From contig OY970368.1 in the NCBI GenBank assembly GCA_963718615.1, forward strand, positions 5,152,001-5,216,000: a stretch of DNA of 64,000 bases, in the 5' to 3' direction. Origin of the DNA: an uncultured cyanobacterium. Lineage in GTDB: Bacteria; Cyanobacteriota; Cyanobacteriia; PCC-9006; JAAUQQ01. Shown here one piece after another: positions 49,492-57,969 of the stretch. The translations under genes were made by a program, and so were the position numbers. Position 1 is the stretch's first letter. Every line of letters begins with the position of its first letter. The notes below the pieces were generated by a model that was given only the letters and a program-made list of their open reading frames with translations, searched no databases and had not been told where the DNA came from.

Positions 49492-50177
49492 AAAACATAA
49501 CTGATATCGGTAGCTTGATGCATCTATATTTAGATGAGATTGATCCTGGGGAAGGCACTGATTGCCCCGATTTTCTCATCAAAGCATCAGCTCAAATACT
49601 CAACCAAAAAGATGAAAGAAATTGGCTACCCGTCATTGTTAAAGAGATTGCTGAAGATCGCTATGAGGTGATTGCAAATTCATTTGTCTATGCGATCGCC
49701 GAAGCAGCGGGTCTAGAGAGAGTTTGGTGCATTATCGCAGATGACAGCGAGAATACAGCCTTAATCAGTCGAGTATTAACTGGTGAGGAAATTCCTAAGA
49801 TCAACCTTTCTAAAGCCTCAAGAGATGAAATTGTAGCAGCTTTAGAATATCTAGCTCAGCAGCCTGGAAGTCTTCTAAAATCTGTGAAAGTCTCAATTGC
49901 CGCTAATCGAATTGATGAAGCTCCTAGGCAATATTGGAAGAATTTTGATGCGATCGCAAACTTAAAATGCGGAATCACGAGAGGGAAAAAACTAGATGCT
50001 TTGAAAAAGGTTTTCTATTTAACCCCTCAGCCTATGCCTGACACAATTTCTGATCCCAAGATTTTAGAGACTATGACGATTACAGATCTAAAAGCCATGG
50101 CAAAGAAACGCAAGATTGTGGGTCTTAGCAAAATGAAAAAGGCCGATCTGGTTAATGTATTAAGTCAAGCTGAATAG
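49488..50177 (+). CDS. Degenerate ParB-like N-terminal domain + Rho_N/HeH C-terminal domain protein
   Basis: ATGA overlap with the ParA gene; PVIVKE..RYEVI..AAGLERVWC; MTITDLKAMAKKRKIVGLSKMKKADLV. Confidence 0.7.
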   Translation: MKNITDIGSLMHLYLDEIDPGEGTDCPDFLIKASAQILNQKDERNWLPVIVKEIAEDRYEVIANSFVYAIAEAAGLERVWCIIADDSENTALISRVLTGEEIPKINLSKASRDEIVAALEYLAQQPGSLLKSVKVSIAANRIDEAPRQYWKNFDAIANLKCGITRGKKLDALKKVFYLTPQPMPDTISDPKILETMTITDLKAMAKKRKIVGLSKMKKADLVNVLSQAE

Positions 50178-50193
50178 TTCAGCCTGCCATCAA

Positions 50194-50323
50194 TGAGGGA
50201 GTAGAACGGGAATCGAACCCGCACCTCGACGGACAAAGGGGGAAAGAGCTTTACAGAGCGATAACCCTCCATCCTACAGCCCTTACGGGCAAAATTGCGC
50301 TCTACCGTTGAGCTATCCACTCC
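50194..50323 (-). ncRNA. tRNA-mimic Y-RNA-like gene B
   Basis: Acceptor GGAGTGGA/TCTACTCC, D arm GCTC-AACGGTA-GAGC, T arm GCGGG-TTCGATT-CCCGT, enlarged centre containing GGGTTATCGC; near TROVE. Confidence 0.75.
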
Positions 50324-50354
50324 ATAAGATATCGAACGAAAATCGAAAGAACAC

Positions 50355-50484
50355 TGAGGCGTGGCAGGGAGGATTCGAACCTCCGACCTCCCGCTTAACA
50401 GGCGATAACCCTTCTTCAACGACCCTCGCGGATAAATAAGTGAATCAGGGGGTTTAGGCGCTCTAGCCTCTGAGCTACTGCCAC
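50355..50484 (-). ncRNA. tRNA-mimic Y RNA (YrlA-like) gene A
   Basis: Acceptor GTGGCAG/CTGCCAC, D arm, inserted long stem (TTTATCC-GCGA-GGGTCGTTGAAGAAGGG), CGC-CTGTTAA-GCG loop, T arm GGAGG-TTCGAAT-CCTCC. Confidence 0.8.
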
Positions 50485-50527
50485 AAAACCTCGGTCTTTC
50501 GGTCTCAGCGTCGGGAGTTGTCCTTTG

Positions 50528-50655
50528 CTGTTGAACCCAGAATAGGCGAGAGCCCATCCCCTAAGCGAGGCAGCGCGGCAATGGGCCAAAAGGCAGACGG
50601 GGAAAGCCATTTCGAGTTCGGGGGAGGCGTTAAGTTGAGGGGAGACCCGAACTTT
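50528..50655 (-). promoter_or_regulatory. Multi-box promoter/operator upstream of the Y-RNA pair (copy 2)
   Basis: Same boxes and spacing as 44874-45002. Confidence 0.65.
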
Positions 50656-50723
50656 ATGGCCCAGCCAACCCCTTGGAAGATACGATGAATGAATCCAAGC
50701 CTTAACCTCCCCGCTGTTTAACC

Positions 50724-51182
50724 GTGGAAATCTGTGCGGACCAAGTTCTGCTCCTCCTGGGACGCCTCAGCCTCGCCCTCCTCCTCGGCGGACTCATCGG
50801 CTTGGAACGCGAGCACCGCCATAAACCCGCAGGTCTTCGTACCCACATGCTTGTCAGTCTAGGGGCAGCGCTGTTTATTCTGGTTCCCCTCAGCATCAAC
50901 TGCATTACCCCTTCCCAAGAAGCCTTGAGCCGCACCATCCAAGGCGTTGCCAGCGGTATTGGCTTTTTGGGAGCTGGGGAGATTTTGCATAGCCAACGCC
51001 AAAACGAAGCCGGCCTTGAACGAGTTCACGGACTCACCTCCGCAGCCTCGCTTTGGGTTTCTGCGGCGTTGGGGGTCGTAGCGGGAACGGGCCAGTGGCG
51101 TTTAGGAATGATGACTGTAACGTTGGTGTTAGGGGTGTTGGTGGGCGCAAAATACATCGAACAGTGGTTCCGGAATCTCTAG
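50724..51182 (+). CDS. MgtC/SapB family membrane protein
   Basis: IGLERE..KPAGLRTH, GIGFLGAG, GLTSAASLW. Confidence 0.93.
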   Translation: MEICADQVLLLLGRLSLALLLGGLIGLEREHRHKPAGLRTHMLVSLGAALFILVPLSINCITPSQEALSRTIQGVASGIGFLGAGEILHSQRQNEAGLERVHGLTSAASLWVSAALGVVAGTGQWRLGMMTVTLVLGVLVGAKYIEQWFRNL

Positions 51183-51241
51183 GTAAACGGCGTCAGAAAA
51201 GAGACGATAATAAAACCCCTGTCCGTATCCCCCCCTGATCC

Positions 51242-54181
51242 ATGCCCAAGCTCAGCTACGGTCCTGAAGCCAAAGCCCGCACCCAGCATTTGCTGCTGGC
51301 GCTGTTGGATTTTGCCAACGATGAGTTGGAATTGGCGGATCCTCAGCAGGAGCGTCAACTAGAGGCATTGCGATCGCACCTCTCCCTCCACTGGGAAGGC
51401 GATCGCACCCTGATCATCCGCACCAAACTACGCCACCTCGAAACCCTGTCCCCCCTAGCCCCCGGCAACCGTCCCCTCACCCAGGGTCAAATCAAAGAAG
51501 CCCTGAGTCATTTGCAAAACCTAGTGCAATGGCTCGAAGATAACCGCACCAGCCGCCGTGGGTCGGAGGTTTGGCATTTTACGATCCATTGGGGGGCGGC
51601 GCGGCGCGATCGCCCTGGGATCTTGCAGCGGTTTGAGGAGGCTTGGGCAGCGAATCATCCGCGACAGCGGCCAGAGCAGCAGGACGAACAGCGGCAGGAC
51701 AAACAGCCGTTTGTCCCGACGGGGGGTGGGATAGATTGGCCGCAGATTTGTCGCCAAGCCTTGGCCCAGCGTCGCCCTGGGGAACTGACCACCAATCCTT
51801 TGACCGGCCAGGATGGGCTGCGGTTTGACTGGATCGATGTCTATGTTCCCTTGGAGATCATTCCGCCCCATAAAGCCACGGAGGAAGAGGCTGATGGTCC
51901 AGCGATTTCGCCCGATCTATTGCTTCAGCAACTGCAAGAAGGTTTACCCCATCCGGAGGTTCGCATTGCCCTCGTGGGGGAACCCGGTGCGGGCAAAACA
52001 ACGCTGCTGCAGCGGTTGGCCCTGGGGTTGCTGGAGCAGGCAGGAGCGCTGCCCCTGTGGGTGTCGTTGGCGGATTTGGAGGGGCGATCGCTAGAAACCT
52101 ATCTCTTGGAAGATTGGCTGCAAGGGGCTTTGCGGAGGCGATCGCTCCCCCCCGAGATCCGAGACGACTTTGCCCAGCAGATCGAACAGGGCCGGGTTTG
52201 GCTGCTCTTGGATGCGGTGGATGAAATGGGGCTGGCGCTGGGGATAGCACCGGCCACAGCACTGACCAAACTGGCTCAACAGCTCAACGGTTGGCTGGGC
52301 AACGCTAAGGTGATTTTGACCTGTCGGCTCAATGTTTGGGACAGCGGCAAAAACGTCCTGACCGAGTTTGAGACCTACCGGCTCCTGGGCTGTCGTGATC
52401 GGAATCAAGCCCAAATGCTCATTCAGCGTTGGTTTCAAACCCAGCCGGAGCGAGGCCATAACCTGTGTGTCGCGCTGGAACGCCCGGAGTTGCGGCGGCT
52501 GCGCAGCGCCCTGCGCAATCCGTTGCGGTTGGCCCTGTTGTGTCGCGCCTGGGCCTGTGGCCAGGGACAATTGCCCCAAACGAAAAGCTTGCTCTACAGC
52601 CAGTTTGTCGAAGCCTTTTACGAGTGGAAACAGGATATTGTTCCTACGCCGTTGGCCCAACGACAACAACTCAATCAAGCCCTCGGCACCCTTGCACTGT
52701 CCGCCTTTCGCCAATCCGTCCCAACGTTTCGCTTGCCTTTGTCCCTCCTCGAACAGGCATTATCGTCGAACCTCAGCGTCCTAGACATGCTCTTACAACT
52801 CGGCTGGCTAACGCCCCTAGGACGATCTCAACAAACCGGGGAACGGTTGTATGGCTTTTATCACGCCACGTTTCAGGAATACTTTGCCGCCCAGGCGATC
52901 GCCCAAGTCCAAGATTTTCTATGCCTCTCACCCGCCGACTCCCAGGACAAGACCCAGATCACGCCGCTGTTTGAACCCCACTGGCAAGAGATCATTCTGC
53001 TGTGGCTGGGTCGGGCCGATGTGGCGATCGCCTCCAAGGAACAGTTGATGCACCATCTCATCAACCATCCTGACGCCTGCGGCGGCTATTTTCAACAGCG
53101 GGCCTATTGTCTCGCCGCAGAAGCCCTCGCCGAGTTTCCGGAGTTCGGCCCAGGGGAAACGCTGATCGATCAGCTGATTCAATGGCGCTTTAATCTCAGG
53201 GGCAACGTCCCGGCTCCGTTGATTCAAACCGCCCAGCGATCGCTCTCCCGCTCAGACCAAACCCGCGTGATTGCTCAGCTCGAACGCTACGCCCAGGACC
53301 CAACCCTGCGACCCTTTGACCGCTGGATGGTGGCCTACAGTTTGGGCAAAACCTATGATTTTGGCAATGCCGTGGCGATCGCCACGCTCACCGAACTGCT
53401 CCAGGGGGCGAGCTACAGCAAAAACCTCCAGATGGATCTGGCGCGGGCCTTGGGGTTGGTGGATCCGGGAAATGAATGGGCGATCGCCACCCTCGTCGAG
53501 AGTTTTACAACCACCGTCCACCAGCCCCTCCAGCAAAAAGCACTGCTGCGTCTGGCCCGCATTGCCCCGGAGCATCCGCTGATCCTGCCGACGCTGGAGG
53601 CTTGGCTGAGCGGCCATCCAGCTCCCCCAACTCGACCCAATGCCAAGGTCTTAGTTGCGGCCTTAGCGGCGATCGCCCCCGACCATCCCCTGGTTCTCCA
53701 GGCCCAGCAAGCCCAGATCAGCCCCCCCCAGAGGCGCAAGCGCCAGACGAAACCCAAGGCAACCCCCTTGGCCCTTTCCCAAGCGGCCCAGCTCCAGCGC
53801 CTGCTGCAACGGCTAGAGCAAGGGACCGATGCCCCCGCCCAAGTCCGCTGGGCGATCAAGCTCGGACGGTTGCAGCCTGGTCATCCTGAGGCGATTCAAA
53901 CCCTGGTGAGGCATTTATACACCGACGAGGGTGTCCCGTTGCTCAAGCAAATTGGGGAGGGATTGGAGGCGATCGCCCTACCGGAGCAAATTCCGAGGCT
54001 GATTGGGGTGGCTCGGGATTTGAAGCAGGCTGAGCCGTCTGGGCAGGCTGAGCGGTCTACGCAAGGAGAGAGGAGATTGTTGGGCGATCGCCTCCTCTGG
54101 CTCTGGTCCGAACGCCTGGGCTACGATGCTTTTCGGCTGGCCTTTCAAGAGGCTTGGCGAGGTTCCGACGGGATGGTATAG
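51242..54181 (+). CDS. NACHT (STAND) NTPase with C-terminal HEAT-like repeats
   Basis: GEPGAGKTT, LLLDAVDE, ILTCR, RNPLRL, FYHATFQEYFAA; LGxxxPGxxxAI repeats. Confidence 0.9.
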   Translation: MPKLSYGPEAKARTQHLLLALLDFANDELELADPQQERQLEALRSHLSLHWEGDRTLIIRTKLRHLETLSPLAPGNRPLTQGQIKEALSHLQNLVQWLEDNRTSRRGSEVWHFTIHWGAARRDRPGILQRFEEAWAANHPRQRPEQQDEQRQDKQPFVPTGGGIDWPQICRQALAQRRPGELTTNPLTGQDGLRFDWIDVYVPLEIIPPHKATEEEADGPAISPDLLLQQLQEGLPHPEVRIALVGEPGAGKTTLLQRLALGLLEQAGALPLWVSLADLEGRSLETYLLEDWLQGALRRRSLPPEIRDDFAQQIEQGRVWLLLDAVDEMGLALGIAPATALTKLAQQLNGWLGNAKVILTCRLNVWDSGKNVLTEFETYRLLGCRDRNQAQMLIQRWFQTQPERGHNLCVALERPELRRLRSALRNPLRLALLCRAWACGQGQLPQTKSLLYSQFVEAFYEWKQDIVPTPLAQRQQLNQALGTLALSAFRQSVPTFRLPLSLLEQALSSNLSVLDMLLQLGWLTPLGRSQQTGERLYGFYHATFQEYFAAQAIAQVQDFLCLSPADSQDKTQITPLFEPHWQEIILLWLGRADVAIASKEQLMHHLINHPDACGGYFQQRAYCLAAEALAEFPEFGPGETLIDQLIQWRFNLRGNVPAPLIQTAQRSLSRSDQTRVIAQLERYAQDPTLRPFDRWMVAYSLGKTYDFGNAVAIATLTELLQGASYSKNLQMDLARALGLVDPGNEWAIATLVESFTTTVHQPLQQKALLRLARIAPEHPLILPTLEAWLSGHPAPPTRPNAKVLVAALAAIAPDHPLVLQAQQAQISPPQRRKRQTKPKATPLALSQAAQLQRLLQRLEQGTDAPAQVRWAIKLGRLQPGHPEAIQTLVRHLYTDEGVPLLKQIGEGLEAIALPEQIPRLIGVARDLKQAEPSGQAERSTQGERRLLGDRLLWLWSERLGYDAFRLAFQEAWRGSDGMV

Positions 54182-54228
54182 TGAGAAGCTGCGGATTTTG
54201 TTTAGAGCGCAATTAGGGCGCAAAGGTC

Positions 54229-54405
54229 ATGGCTGTTCCAAAGAAGAAAACCTCGAAAAGCAAGCGTAACCAGCGCCATGCGCACTGGAAGCGGAAGGCT
54301 CAGTTTGCGGCAGAGAAGGCGTTGTCCCAGGGCAAGTCGATTCTGACGGGTCGGGCGAAAGGGTTTGTGTATCCGACGGAAGAAGAGGCCGAAGACGAAG
54401 AGTAG
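54229..54405 (+). CDS. rpmF: 50S ribosomal protein L32 (58 aa, absent from the ORF track)
   Basis: [24 protein letters not shown]...GFVYPTEEE. Confidence 0.97.
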   Translation: MAVPKKKTSKSKRNQRHAHWKRKAQFAAEKALSQGKSILTGRAKGFVYPTEEEAEDEE

Positions 54406-54438
54406 GATTTACTCACGATGTCTGGTCTATCAAAAAGT

Positions 54439-54463
54439 GGGAGAGAGCAACGGCTTTCTCCCC
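54439..54463 (+). terminator. Hairpin after rpmF
   Basis: GGGAGAGAGC-AACG-GCTTTCTCCC. Confidence 0.6.
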
Positions 54464-54499
54464 GATTTATCTATTTGCTGTGACACTCTAGATTGGAAT

Positions 54500-56239
54500 T
54501 CAGACTCGTTGACGCTGAGCCGCGCGATGATTGCTGAGCCGCAGAAATTCATGGAGCAGAACACTACCTATCAACATCAAGCCAATACCGCTCAACCCAT
54601 GTAGGGCGAGTTGAAAGAGTGGCAAAACAGTGGCCAAGCTCAGTCTCACCCCCCAGCCAAACGCAAGCACCAAGGCCAGTGCAGGAAGCAACACCGCCAC
54701 CGAATCTGTAAACTGTCGCGTCTTGTGCCGCCGAGCACAAGCAGTCGCAATCCCTACCAACGGAGCACCGATCGCCCCGCCTAGAATGTAATTCATCAAC
54801 CCCGCATCAAAAATTCGTGGATTGCCCGCCAGTGCTCCCACGGCCATGCCAATCGAGCCAGTCATTAAGCTTGCTCGGAACAAGACATCCCAATTCGAAC
54901 GGGCGATCGCCCATCCCATATAGCCACTCAGCAAAAATCCCGCACCGAAAAAGGTCCAGCCCAAATTGCCAAACTCATTCACCAGCGGTGTTGCCCCATA
55001 GCCTGCCCCGAGTGCCAATCCCACCAATAAGAGCAGCGACCCAAAGGGAAGCCAGCGGGGTTGGAACCGAGCGGTCTGTACTTGGATCGGAATGCGAATT
55101 TCAGGCCGTGAAGCGTTGCTATGAAAACAAAGTTCTAATTGCTTAGATTGATTGGATTTGAGTGCACCCGTATCGATCGCCAAGCGACACTGAACCTGAT
55201 TGCTCTGAATCCGCTGGGGCTCGATCCGCAGCCAAGTCGCTTGATGCTGAGGTAGATTCACCGTCCAATAACCTTCCAAAGTTGTATCTGGAACCGAATT
55301 GCTAATCTGAATCCTCTGGAACAGAACCTCGTTGAGTTGCTTAGCTTTGAGGGACAATGCTCGGGGGGTCAGGTGAAGCTCAGGATGGCGCTCACTCGAT
55401 AGCGGCTCCAAGGCTTGTAGGGCCGCCGTTGCATCGACAAAGCGATCGGGATAATCGGACTGAACCAACGTATCTAACCAACGAATGAACTCAATGCTAA
55501 ACCGAGCGGGGACTCTGTTCTGAAACCGAATGCAACCCTCGCGATCGAACAAAGACTGGATGCGATCGACTGGGGTTTGAGTGATATGAGCAATGAGCGT
55601 AAGACCCAGGCTATAGAGATCGGTCGAGGTATTATGAGTGTTACGATGCCGCTGCTCAGGTGCTAGAAAATAGCTGAGGTGGGTGGCGATCGCCGGACCA
55701 CCTGCGCGGCCAAGAGATCCGAGGAAATCTCCCAGCCCAAAGTTCATCAAATAGACCTGCTGTTGGTCATCCAACCATAGCGCCAGAGGCGAGATTTCTC
55801 CATGATACCAATCATAACGGGAGGATTTCTGCCGCAAGTCTTGTAGAATTCCAAGGGTTTGGGAGGCGATCGCCTTCAGACTCACTGGCTCCGAAATCGA
55901 AAGCTGAACTAAGGGCTTAGCCTTCACCAATTCTTGAACGGTGTAGAACGTACAAGGCCGATTATTCGGCGACCCCTCATCCTCAGCTAGGAAATCTGCA
56001 TAGAGATAGCGAGGAACCCGAGAATGTTGAAGGTGTAGAAGTACAGCAGCACGGGTCTGAAGCTCAGTACTGGCTGAACTGCGGGCTGACAGCAGCGATT
56101 GCCGAATAATCACAGGTTGGCCTGTCATGATACAGTGCCCCAGCCAGACCTCGCCACCTGTGACAGTGTGACCAAAGGCATGCTTGAGTTCAAATTGGTC
56201 GGCGATGCAACTTCCCTGACGCAACATGGGGGCCTCCAA
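54500..56239 (-). CDS. Ser/Thr kinase-fold membrane protein, probable pseudokinase
   Basis: Kinase layout with VIIR, HGEISP, MNFG, APE, DLYSLG; beta-sandwich middle; multi-TM C-terminus. Confidence 0.8.
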   Translation of the reverse strand: MEAPMLRQGSCIADQFELKHAFGHTVTGGEVWLGHCIMTGQPVIIRQSLLSARSSASTELQTRAAVLLHLQHSRVPRYLYADFLAEDEGSPNNRPCTFYTVQELVKAKPLVQLSISEPVSLKAIASQTLGILQDLRQKSSRYDWYHGEISPLALWLDDQQQVYLMNFGLGDFLGSLGRAGGPAIATHLSYFLAPEQRHRNTHNTSTDLYSLGLTLIAHITQTPVDRIQSLFDREGCIRFQNRVPARFSIEFIRWLDTLVQSDYPDRFVDATAALQALEPLSSERHPELHLTPRALSLKAKQLNEVLFQRIQISNSVPDTTLEGYWTVNLPQHQATWLRIEPQRIQSNQVQCRLAIDTGALKSNQSKQLELCFHSNASRPEIRIPIQVQTARFQPRWLPFGSLLLLVGLALGAGYGATPLVNEFGNLGWTFFGAGFLLSGYMGWAIARSNWDVLFRASLMTGSIGMAVGALAGNPRIFDAGLMNYILGGAIGAPLVGIATACARRHKTRQFTDSVAVLLPALALVLAFGWGVRLSLATVLPLFQLALHGLSGIGLMLIGSVLLHEFLRLSNHRAAQRQRV

Positions 56240-56347
56240 TGTTGGGGATGGGGGATAAATGAATCTCGGGCAGGAGATCGCTCCCCCTCAACGTAGATGT
56301 TCTACACTCTGATCCCCTTTACATTTCCGACGATTTAATAATTTGTA

Positions 56348-56577
56348 TCAATTATTTCGAGTTTGAGTAAACGTGTTCTGGGCTTGGGGCGTACCGACAA
56401 ACCGCCGGTGCCAGGGCTCATAGGAGACATTTTGAAAATTATTGGGCGGGAACGACAGCTCAAAGCCGTAATAGGCCGCATTTTGATTGAGCCAACGCGG
56501 CGGCGGCCTGAGACCCTCGCCGTGCGGTCTGGGCCGTAAACAGATCAGCCTGCACATGAACATCCCGAAACCCAGAA
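56348..56577 (-). pseudogene. 3' fragment of an M15 carboxypeptidase, internally deleted
   Basis: Near-identical to 57994-58312 but missing about 120 bp that include SEHHTGYAID; WHWR changed to WHRR. Confidence 0.85.
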
Positions 56578-56656
56578 GAGGCCGAAGACGAAGAGTAGGA
56601 TTTACTCACCATGTCTGGTCTATCCAACAAAGGGAGAGAGCAACGGCTTTCTCCCC
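56574..56656 (+). repeat. Direct repeat of the rpmF 3' end and terminator
   Basis: 83-bp near copy of 54381-54463. Confidence 0.9.
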
Positions 56657-56726
56657 TTTTTTCTGACTGAATGATCTGAGTGGATTAAAAAAAGGAGATG
56701 GCTGACAGCGGTCTTATAAAAGCCGA

Positions 56727-57704
56727 TTAACTGAAAACCAGATGACTCAGATCAAAGCCACCATGGACCGGTAATTGGGCGAACTGCGTCCTCTCAAAGG
56801 CAAGAGCACCTGTGGCAGCATCGTAGCTAAACTGCCCCAGCGACAGGGGTTGACTCGCAGATATTTGAATTCTGTCACCTTCGCTAGCATTGAAATCCAC
56901 CAGCTCATCAATCCCCGAATCAATTTTCATCGGTGCGGGACGATAACCCCCCTCTCCCACACTCTTCACAAAGAAGGACTGACCATCCACAACCGCATTG
57001 AATTGAAAGATATCGCGTCCGGTCCCTCCAACCAAACGGTCAGCACCACGACCACCATCCAAAAAGTCGTCACCTGAACCACCATTTAGAGAGTCATTCC
57101 CCACATTGCCGTACAGCCAATCATTCCCATCGTTCCCTTCAAGAATGCTATTGCCAGCCAACTGGTTGAGGGTTGAATCATAATCCAGACCCCAGTCAAC
57201 TCCTGAGAGAATCTGTGAGGTGGCACTGCCTGCTCTGAGCACATCGTTACCGGAACCGCCGTAGAGTCGATCATTCCCGGAACCGCCGTAGAGCTGATCA
57301 TCTCCGTCACCCCCCCAGAGTAGATTGACATCTGCAGAGATTTTGCCTGTGTCCTCGCCCATAAGCGGTGAATTATATCCGTAGAGTTGGTCATTGCCAG
57401 CTCCGCCATACAACTGGTCAGATCCAGACCCTCCGTACAGCACATCACCTCCGTCTCCACCATAAAGATGGTCGTTACCTTCGTCTCCAAACAAGGTATC
57501 GTTGCCAGCTTGCCCGTTGAGAATATCGTCTCCCCCCATACCGGAGATTAAATCCTCGCTGTTGCCCCCTGTCAGGTAGTTATTGCCGTTATCTCCGACT
57601 AGAGTTGGAGTAGGCAGCGCTATCTTGATCAACCTCTCGATCGACATCCCGATCGACTTTTTATCAATGAAGCCAGTGAACGCAAAACTATCTATGTTGG
57701 CCAT
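56727..57704 (-). CDS. RTX/hemolysin-type calcium-binding repeat protein
   Basis: Many GGxGxDxLx nonapeptides; DFNASEGDRI C-terminus. Confidence 0.88.
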   Translation of the reverse strand: MANIDSFAFTGFIDKKSIGMSIERLIKIALPTPTLVGDNGNNYLTGGNSEDLISGMGGDDILNGQAGNDTLFGDEGNDHLYGGDGGDVLYGGSGSDQLYGGAGNDQLYGYNSPLMGEDTGKISADVNLLWGGDGDDQLYGGSGNDRLYGGSGNDVLRAGSATSQILSGVDWGLDYDSTLNQLAGNSILEGNDGNDWLYGNVGNDSLNGGSGDDFLDGGRGADRLVGGTGRDIFQFNAVVDGQSFFVKSVGEGGYRPAPMKIDSGIDELVDFNASEGDRIQISASQPLSLGQFSYDAATGALAFERTQFAQLPVHGGFDLSHLVFS

Positions 57705-57854
57705 ATTTTAAAGTCCTTCAGCTAGGTGCTGGAGCATGTATTGAGACTCTCTAGAACGCTAGCTTAAAAGGATTTGTAAATGTGGCCATAATGGCAGACT
57801 GAAATCTGCTTACGGGCTTAGAGTTTTTAGATAAGTCGAAAGGCTGAATGATTG

Positions 57855-57920
57855 GTAGGATGGGTTAGCGATAGCGTAACCCATGCGGGCGTTGGGTTTC
57901 GTTCCTCAACCGCAACCTAC
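57855..57920. repeat. REP doublet (GTAG family)
   Basis: GTAGGATGGGTTAGCGATAGCGTAACCCAT ... GTTGGGTTTCGTTCCTCAACCGCAACCTAC. Confidence 0.75.
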
Positions 57921-57969
57921 ATCCTCGCTGATCCCACGGATAGCGAACTGATCTCTAGCTCCAGGGGTG

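Noticed and set aside
50194-50484. Ordinary tRNA-Asn and tRNA-Tyr genes with introns
   Set aside because: The inserts are not at position 37/38, are far too short for group I introns, and the anticodon stems are incomplete; the TROVE context favours Y RNAs
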